A stretch of 64,000 nucleotides of DNA from Minutocellus sp. GHC0000111 (lineage: Eukaryota), in assembly GCA_977018835.1 (NCBI GenBank), contig OZ361256.1, positions 1,860,001 to 1,924,000 of the forward strand, in the 5' to 3' direction. The notes beneath the pieces were generated by a model, which worked only from the letters and a program-made list of their open reading frames with translations, was not told where the DNA came from and did not search any database. Both the position numbers and the translations under genes were made by a program. Of the stretch, positions 56,188 to 64,000 are shown one piece after another (the first letter of the stretch is position 1; each line of letters opens with the position of its first letter).

Positions 56188-59184
56188 ATGCCGTCCCGCA
56201 AGAAGACCGTGGCCGATCTGGCCGATGCCGACCTCAAGGGCAAGAAGGTCCTTGTTCGAGCGGATCTGAACGTTCCCCTGGATGTGAGTTTCTTTCGTCA
56301 TTGTCTGGCATCACATCCGTCGAGCGATCTTCGAGACGCAAGCGAAATCGCCAAAAGAAAGAAATCTTTTGGATCTTGTTTTGACGCATGAGGAACATGC
56401 GCATCAGCAGCGTCAAGTCAGATCCAAGCACACCGTTTCGATTTGATGCCTTTCTCCAGGGAGCAACCGATACTATCTTGCGCTGACAAGTCAAGTCGAT
56501 TTGGTCGACGGGCGGCTCATACGCATCACGAACAAATAAGTGTTGGAAAATTGTAGCGGATGCGGATAAATAAGTGATGATGGATGCGGACGAAAGAAGC
56601 TTTTTGATCGTCGCTCTGCCCTCCCTTCCATTCTCACCGATTGGCTGTCTCACACACGTTCATTGCGTTTTCTCTGCAAATTATCATGATACGTGATATG
56701 CTCGCATTTGCATTAAAAACAAAACAGGGCAAGATCATCACCGATGATACCCGCATCCGCCGTTCGATGCCCACCATCGAGTATCTTGTATCCAAGGGCG
56801 CCATCGTGACCGTATGCTCCCACCTGGGCCGTCCCAAGGATGGTCCGGAGGACAAGTTCTCTCTCCACCCCTGTGCTCTGCGCATGGGCGAGCTTCTCAA
56901 GAAGGAGGTCAAGCTCGCTCCCGATTGCATCGGCGATGCCGTCCAGGAGATGGTCGGTGCCGCCAAGGAGGGTGATGTCCTCATGCTGGAGAACACCCGC
57001 TTCTACAAGGAGGAGACGAAGAACGAGGAGTCCTTTGTTGCCAAGCTGGCCGCACCCTTCGACCTCTACGTCAACGATGCCTTTGGGACTGCTCATCGGG
57101 CCCATGCCTCCACGGAGGGCGTGACCAAGTTCCTCAAACCGTCGGTTTCGGGCTTCCTCCTTGCCAAGGAATTGGAATACTTGGACGGGGCCATTGAGAA
57201 TGGAGAGAAGCCCATGGCTGCCATCGTCGGTGGGTCCAAGGTGTCGTCCAAGATTACTGTTCTCGAAGCCCTTTTGGACAAATGTGACAAAATCATCATC
57301 GGCGGTGGTATGGTCTTCACCTTTCTCAAGGCCAAAGGCCTCAGCGTCGGCACCTCCCTCGTCGAGGATGACTTTGTCGACACCGCCAAGGCCGTAATGG
57401 AAAAGGCCGATAAATTGGGCAAGGTCATCCTCCTACCGTCCGACATCGTCGTGGCCGATGCCTTCTCGGCCGATGCCAACACCAAGATTGTTGCCGCCGA
57501 TGCCATTCCTGACGATTGGATGGGGTTGGACAATGGACCCGCATCGACTGGCGAGCAGAAGGAGTTTCTGTCGGACTGCAAGACTGTCATTATGAACGGT
57601 CCGCTCGGCGTCTTTGAGATGGAACCCTTCAGCAAGGGAACGTTTGGTATTGTCAACATCCTTGCCGACTTGACCAAGGAGTCTGGGGCCATTACCATCA
57701 TCGGAGGTGGCGACTCCGTTGCTGCCACCGAGCAGTCTGGCAGAGCGGGCGATATGAGCCATATTTCGACTGGTGGCGGCGCCTCCCTTGAACTGCTGGA
57801 GGGAAAGCAGCTTCCTGGAGTTGTTGCTCTGGATGACTTTGTGGACGAAGCCTCGGCCGGTGATGCCGCTACGGCCTCCGGTGGTGGTACCAGTATGAGC
57901 CTCAAAAAGAAGACTCTCGCTGATATTGACGTGAAGGACAAGCGAGTTCTTATGAGAGTGGACTTCAACGTGCCGTTCGACTCAGATGGTAATATCACCA
58001 ATAATCAGCGCATTGAGGGTGCTATTCCCAACATCCAAAAGGCCCTCGATAATGGAGCAAAGGCTGTCATCCTCATGTCGCATCTCGGCCGTCCCGACGG
58101 CAAGCCCAACAAGAAATTTACGCTCGAGCCCGTCGCCAAGCGTTTGGGTGAGCTCATGGGCAAGGAGGTTAAGTTCCTTCATGAATGCACCGGCATCATT
58201 GTCGAGGAGTCTTGCAGAAATCCCCCTCCTGGATCTATAATTCTTTTGGAGAATGTCAGATTTCACGCCGAGGAAGAAGGGAAGGGAATCAAACACGCTT
58301 CTGGATGTCCCGGCAAGAAATGCGGTGAGGCCTGCACTAAATTCAAGCCCTCCGAGAAAGAAATTGATGCCTTCCGTGCTTCATTGTCTCAGCTCGGCGA
58401 CGTGTACGTATGCGATGCCTTTGGTACTGCCCACCGCGCACACAGCTCGATGGTGGGAATGCAGGGCAAGATGCCCTGTGTTGCCGGACTCCTCGTTGGT
58501 AAGGAGCTCAAGGCGTTTTCTCAGGTAGTCGGAGAGAGCGTCGAGCGACCCCTTACGGCCATTGTGGGCGGAGCCAAAATCAGCGACAAGGTTCTTGTCA
58601 TTGAGAACCTCATCAAGCAAAGCGATGCCATCATCATTTGCGGAGGAATGGCGTACACCTTCTTGAAGGAATGCAGCGGCATGAGCATTGGCAAGTCATT
58701 GTATGATAAAAAGGGAGCGGAATTGGCTCCCAAGCTTGTCGAGCAGGCCAAGGCCAAGGGTTGCAAGCTCGTGTTCCCTTGCGATTGGCTTTGCGGTCAA
58801 GAATTTTGCAACGATCAGGAGACCAAACTAGTTACCCAGGAGGAAGGAATTCCCGATGACTGGGAGGGCATGGATTGTGGGCCGGAAAGCATGAAATTGT
58901 TCCGAGATCAGGTCATGGAAAGTAAGACCGTTGTGTGGAATGGCCCGGCTGGAGTATTCGAGTTCGACAACTTTTCCAAGGGCACCAAGGCCCTTCTCGA
59001 TGCCGTAGCCGAGCTAGCCCAATCTGGAGGTAAGGGTATTATCGGTGGTGGTGACAGTGCAACTGCTGCCGCCAAGTGGGACATGGAGGACAAGGTCACT
59101 TTCGTCAGTACCGGCGGTGGAGCCTCTTTGGAGCTGCTGGAAGGGAAAATTCTTCCTGGCATTGCTGCTTTGGATGACCTCTAA
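56188..59184 (+). CDS. PGK: Tandem double phosphoglycerate kinase (PGK-PGK fusion), ~850 aa; intron 56284-56727
   Basis: Exon 1 [32 protein letters not shown], then GTGAGT...CAG, then [10 protein letters not shown]. Two complete PGK motif sets (D[L/F][53 protein letters not shown]). Confidence 0.95.
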
Positions 59185-59405
59185 CTAATGACGAGATCAA
59201 TGTAGATCTATTTTTAGATATAGTATATCGAGGAATGATAGAAAGGCAACATAGAGCAGCATAAGCTGCGGTATTTGAATTCGATGATATAAATTAATTG
59301 TTTACAAATCTAATTTGGCACTATTTGTAGCAATACAAAGATTTTGTTGTTCTGAAAAGAAATAATGAAATAAAAGGCGGGACGAACACAAGAGATTAGG
59401 AGTCC

Positions 59406-62400
59406 CTATTGTCGTTCTCTTTCATCGCCACCACCGATGCCATCGGCGTCGTTTGTCGTTTCGTGATCTGCATCGGCGATGATGCTATTATCATCCTGTT
59501 CGAACAAGTTGGCAGCACCGCCGGGCTGATCAACCAGTTGAACGGCGCCACCACCGCGCGGAACGCCCGTAAAGACTCCGGCTAGGACTGCTTCAACAAC
59601 ACCCTCGGCAGACCCTCGTAGACGGAGCTCACGCAATAAGTCGCTGCGCTCATATTGAGGAAACATGTCGGTCAGTGATTCCAGTGCGGCGGCCTCCTCC
59701 TCCGGATTCATTGGCACAACGCCCGAGAGAATTAAAAGTCGACGCCAAAAGGAAGTCTCTCCTTGCTGCTGCCTTTGTTGATTAGGTCGCTCCGGCGGAT
59801 TGACATCACCGGCGCTGGCAGCGACTGCTCGTTGATTTCCAAGTCCCCCGTTGGCAGGTGGCCTCCTTACGATCTCGAAAGACAGCGCCGGAATTGGTAT
59901 CCAGTTTGGCAAAATATTTTCTGTAGAGAAGCTGAACAGGGCCTGATCCCGAGCGTCCTGTTGCTGGCGAGCTTGTTGATTCGGCGCGCCATCTGTGTCC
60001 TGTTGTTGCTGAGCATCGTTCTGTTCTCCCTGATTAGCTTCGGCTCCATCTCCGGTAACGGGAGCATTTCTTTGCCCAGGTTGTGATCCGTCAAGAATGC
60101 AAGCTCGACAAAGCGGACATTTCGCCGCTTCGATACTTCTTGCTCTCTCGACTACCTCTCTCAAACAGTGAGTATGATAAAGATGGCCGCAACCTACCTT
60201 CTTTACGTTGCGTAGGCCAGACATTGTCCCCAAGCAAACGGAGCATACATCACCCGCCGCCAATGATTTGCGAAGCTCAAGTTCGGTAGCATCAGAGAAG
60301 TGGGAATCGAGCGATTGGGCAATGCGGTTGAGATTACGTCGTTCGCCGATCTTACGGCCCATGGCAGACACTGCTGAGTGGAGATGCAAGGCGAGGACGC
60401 TATCAATAAGGCCAAAGGACACCCCGTGGAGGCTGTGGTTAAATGCGAAAAATATCACGAAAGTAGGCGGGAAGGACGAAGTGTGAGCAACGGAATAATG
60501 ATATGCACAAGCTAAAAACCCACGAAGATATCTTACCTCCAATTGTGAAGAAAATGGCAAATGGTGAGGAGGTACGCTGCGAGCTCTAGACTAAAAACGA
60601 CGCTGTCCAGGATCGAGAGGCGTCGGCAATGGAGAGATTCCAAAAGCTCAATCCGCCGGTCAATGAGCCGGCTCTGTTGATGGGCTCTATCGCGAGGGTG
60701 CGTTGGCTCGTCAACGATGAGCGTAGAGCCCACGACGTGAGTATCGTCACCGGTGTTGGTCTCGGTGGATGTCACATTATCGTCCAAATCGTCTTGCCCG
60801 TCGGAGGCAGTCGAAGAGGAATTTCTAGCCTCATCTCCCAGTCGAAGCTGCTCCTCCTCCAAGGCGCCAACCTCGGCGGAATGCTTCTCCTCAAACATTT
60901 GTCCAACGTGCCGAGCGATGTGAGCCAGCGTATCAACGGCCAGTAAGGCACAATCACAGGAAAGAAGCAAAACGGTGCCCCAACCAGCACCCGAGAACAG
61001 ACCGGCACAAAGGGCTGCGGCACAAAAGTCCGACAACAGAACGACGACAAGAAGGCGGAGGACTCCGGGCATCGGCGGGCTTCCGGACTGGGCAGCATGG
61101 CTGGTGGCCGTCCCGGCCAAGTGGGCCAGGGACCGGAGGAAGCTGAGGAGGGTGTACCAACTTAATAGGATGAGCAGATCGAGTGTATCTGGTTCAACGA
61201 CGGCCGACACAAGTAGGAGCTTGAAGAGCAGATAGCCTCCCAGACGCTCCCGATTGGACCGATTGAGGCGTGTGGGAGGCATCGGAGGCACGTCAGCTGC
61301 CGTGGGGGCGGTAGGTGCTGGTGCTGTTCCCACGGCCGGCGGGACTTGCCCTTGTTGCCGGTCCTGAGCGTCGGCGGTTGAGATGGCGGTGCCCTGCCCC
61401 TGTCCAGCCCCTCCACGGGTCCGGCCTCCTCCTCCTTGGCCAAGGAAGAATTCCGCCACGGCACCGTGCAACAGATACGTCGCCGCCAGCAGGAGGTTGG
61501 CAATGGCCAGCAGCCGCGGCGTCGAGGTGAGGACCTTGTCGACGACCTTGGTGAAGGATCCCGCTGGTTCGGCGGGAAGACTTCGGATGGACGGGTCGAT
61601 CATGGCACCCAACGTCCGTAGGAAGGTGTGGAAAATGCGACGCGGGGTCAGCTTCTCCCGCCGACGGGCATTGCGCTTGGTATCCTGCTGCTTGGTTTGG
61701 CATGTGTCACCACCATCGCCACTACCATTACCGCTGCATGTTGCATCGCTGTGCTTGTTCTTGATTTTGGCCTTGTCCTTGCCAATATTGCCTCTGCCAT
61801 GTTGTTTGCTCTTGCCCGCGTCCTTCTTGCCATGATCTGCCTTGTTGTTGTTGCTGTTCCGGGAATCACGGTCATCGCCCCTGTGCGAGGAGGGAATGTT
61901 GGGCCCCACCAACCACTTGAGTCCTGGCGGCAAAAGCTTTTGCGGCAAAAAGAAGAAGGACGCCGAGGGCGCGTCATCGCCATTGTCGTCTTGTCCCGTT
62001 GTTGCTGTTGTTGCCGAAGCATCCTTTTGATCACCGGCGTCATCTACTAAACCCTTGCCATTCCGCCCTCCTCCCGACAGTCCCAGCATGCCCTCCAAAT
62101 CACCAAGGAGAGAAGCGCCGATACCGCCACCGCCGATGCCATTATTGCCGATGTCATTGCCACCATCGCCGCGGGTGAAGAAGTCGGTAAAGGGCCGGAA
62201 CAGGTCGGAATACGACGCGGGTGGATTGAAATTTTTGCTATTCCCGCCAGTGTTCGATGACGAGGTATCAATATTTCCTCTTCCTTCTCCATGCCCTTTG
62301 CTGTCGCAGACACTTGCGAATTCTTGCCCGAATCGCCCACGTCTGTCACGCCCACACCTACCAGCGGCAACACATGCAAGGGCGGGGCCGTCGAGGTGAT

Positions 62401-62604
62401 GACAGCCAAGACGGCGACGGCCAGGCTGACGAGGCAGTACACGTGCGACGTTCGGAGGTTGCTGTTGCTGTTGGAACTTCGATTGGTCCGATTGTTATTC
62501 CGTCGTCGGTGTGGGACTTGTTGTTGCGCTCGTTCGTTTGCTCTTGCTGCACCTGCTGCTGCCGTGGCTGTCGGTTGAGGGAAGACCTGTCCATTGGAAT
62601 CCAT
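59406..62604 (-). CDS. gp78/AMFR/RIN2-like ERAD E3 ubiquitin ligase (TM region, RING-H2, CUE); intron 60536-60433; apparent frameshift near 62300
   Basis: RING-H2 CSVC...CGHLYHTHCL...CPLCR; CUE MFPQYERSDLLRELR; TM region RERLGGYLLFKLLLV; splice join HNWSLHG. The N-terminal TM (RTSHVYCLVSLAVAVLAV) is in another frame. Confidence 0.85.
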
Positions 62605-63362
62605 CTGCTCCCTCCTCCTTCGAAGTGCGGCCGCCGCGGGATATCGCCGGCCACGGCCACCCGTTGCCGCTGCTCTGCCGCCGCATTCATATCGTCCGCA
62701 ACTTTCGCGTGGCTGTATTATGATATGTGATGGACGCGATGAGGCAGGCCGACGGACGAATTCGAGCGAACGAGAATTTGCTGTACAGTGAGCACGCACG
62801 GGAGATTTGGCGGGTGCGCCAAAAGACGTCAAGCAGAGCGAGGAGTTTCCACGCCACGCTGATGAAGAGAGACTAGAATACGAAGAGAGCTCTCCAACGT
62901 CTACGTATCTAGCTAGCAACTGAACAAAGATAGCAAGGAAGAAAGGTGTTCCCTTCACAGAAGATACGCAGAAGAGGTCAATCAACTCAGCGCGTTGCTT
63001 CGAGAAGAACACATGCTGATATGCTGATGTGTTGGGACAGGCCCTTTCTGTCGGCATGACGATAAATTCTCGTAATGGAAACTGTTATCGTTCTTCCTCC
63101 GGGTTCTAAATCCATCGTTCGGGAGATTGGTATCGACCGAAATTGCGCGGTACTTCAACTTACGAGGTCCGGGACAGCAATTTCGGGGACCCGGTTTTTT
63201 GGGTCTTTGGACTTTCCGACACGGCGGTTTGCGCGCACCTTAAAAAACACGCGGCAAAGCAAGCAAATCAAAACACATCCGTCAACAACCGACCTCCAAG
63301 CAATTACCACAAATAGACTGGGCAACTTCTGCCGACTGGCGCTTCAAGAAGCTTCCATACTC

Positions 63363-64000
63363 ATGGATACTCCAAAGGGACACATCTTCAGTCCACCGCG
63401 TCTCCACCGAAACGCGCCGAGGCGACTGCATTCAGCCCCTCGCGCCATGAGAAGAAGGAAACTTCCAACGAAACGCCGGAACATCCGCGGTATCGAGAGA
63501 ACAAGGACAACGATGACGAGGAGGACAACCAAGGGGGGTCCCACCGGCATCGTCAGACCTCACATCTCCTCGTGTGTTGAAATATATCGACGCGAGTACA
63601 ACGAAGAGGATGGCTTCGCCGCCGAACAAGCCCAAGCAAGGAAGTACTTGCATCATGACATATTGCGTGCCGACTTTCGCGGTACCGCTACCGTTTCATC
63701 TCATTCTGATGAAGATGATTCATTCTCAGAGATGAGCATAGCAACCGCCGACGCAAAGCCAAGCGGCGAGAGGAGAAAGCCCGTGAGCTCATTCGACCTT
63801 CCCTCCGCCACGCCCATGGTAACAAGTCCAATGTCAGTTCATACTCAGTATGCTCTTACCCCAAGCCGCTCATGCCCGTCGTTCAGCAACCTTCAATTGT
63901 CATCCCCTACCATCTTGGAGCCCTTGCCTCCAACCGAACCAACCGAACGACAGATTGAACGAGAGGTTGAGGAACATCGGAGGCTTGCGTGCTTTTTGAC
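63363..64000 (+). CDS. Uncharacterised protein, 5' part (runs off window end)
   Basis: Manual translation from the ATG at 63363 (MDTPKGHIFSPPRL...QIEREVEEHRRLACFL) is stop-free to the window end. Confidence 0.55.
   Translation, partial: MDTPKGHIFSPPRLHRNAPRRLHSAPRAMRRRKLPTKRRNIRGIERTRTTMTRRTTKGGPTGIVRPHISSCVEIYRREYNEEDGFAAEQAQARKYLHHDILRADFRGTATVSSHSDEDDSFSEMSIATADAKPSGERRKPVSSFDLPSATPMVTSPMSVHTQYALTPSRSCPSFSNLQLSSPTILEPLPPTEPTERQIEREVEEHRRLACFL

Overview
Eukaryotic, gene-dense nuclear DNA, most consistent with a diatom or related photosynthetic stramenopile. The evidence is short GT-AG introns, long low-complexity insertions in conserved proteins, a signal-peptide+AF plastid-targeting-like N-terminus and an aureochrome-like bZIP; the taxon is an inference. 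About 25 protein-coding genes are supported: a SAP-domain protein (partial), NSA2, a secreted GPI-type protein, REX4-type exonuclease, an F-box protein, a Ser/Thr kinase, an AAA_16/STAND-like ATPase (x2), a PPIE-type RRM protein (x2), JMJD7, a COMT-like methyltransferase, SF3A2, a GH72 glucanosyltransferase, an ABCC transporter, uL24m, poly(A) polymerase, a GNAT-domain protein, a TMEM220-like protein, a degenerate bZIP, PGK and a gp78-like RING-CUE E3 ligase. The most notable observations are five. (1) SF3A2 is encoded behind a long pro-region ending in a ubiquitin-like ...HLTLRLRLLGG tail placed exactly at the normal SF3A2 N-terminus, suggesting Sde2-like DUB processing of a U2 snRNP subunit. 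(2) One ORF fuses two complete phosphoglycerate kinases of apparently different ancestry, the second with a Cys/His loop insertion. (3) An apparently exact 8,861-bp tandem duplication. (4) An in-frame TGA separates the GH72 catalytic domain from its membrane anchor. (5) A structured 23/44-bp minisatellite lies beside an unusual kinase. Several frameshifts suggest assembly indels or pseudogenisation. No rRNA, tRNA, CRISPR array or recognisable transposase was seen.
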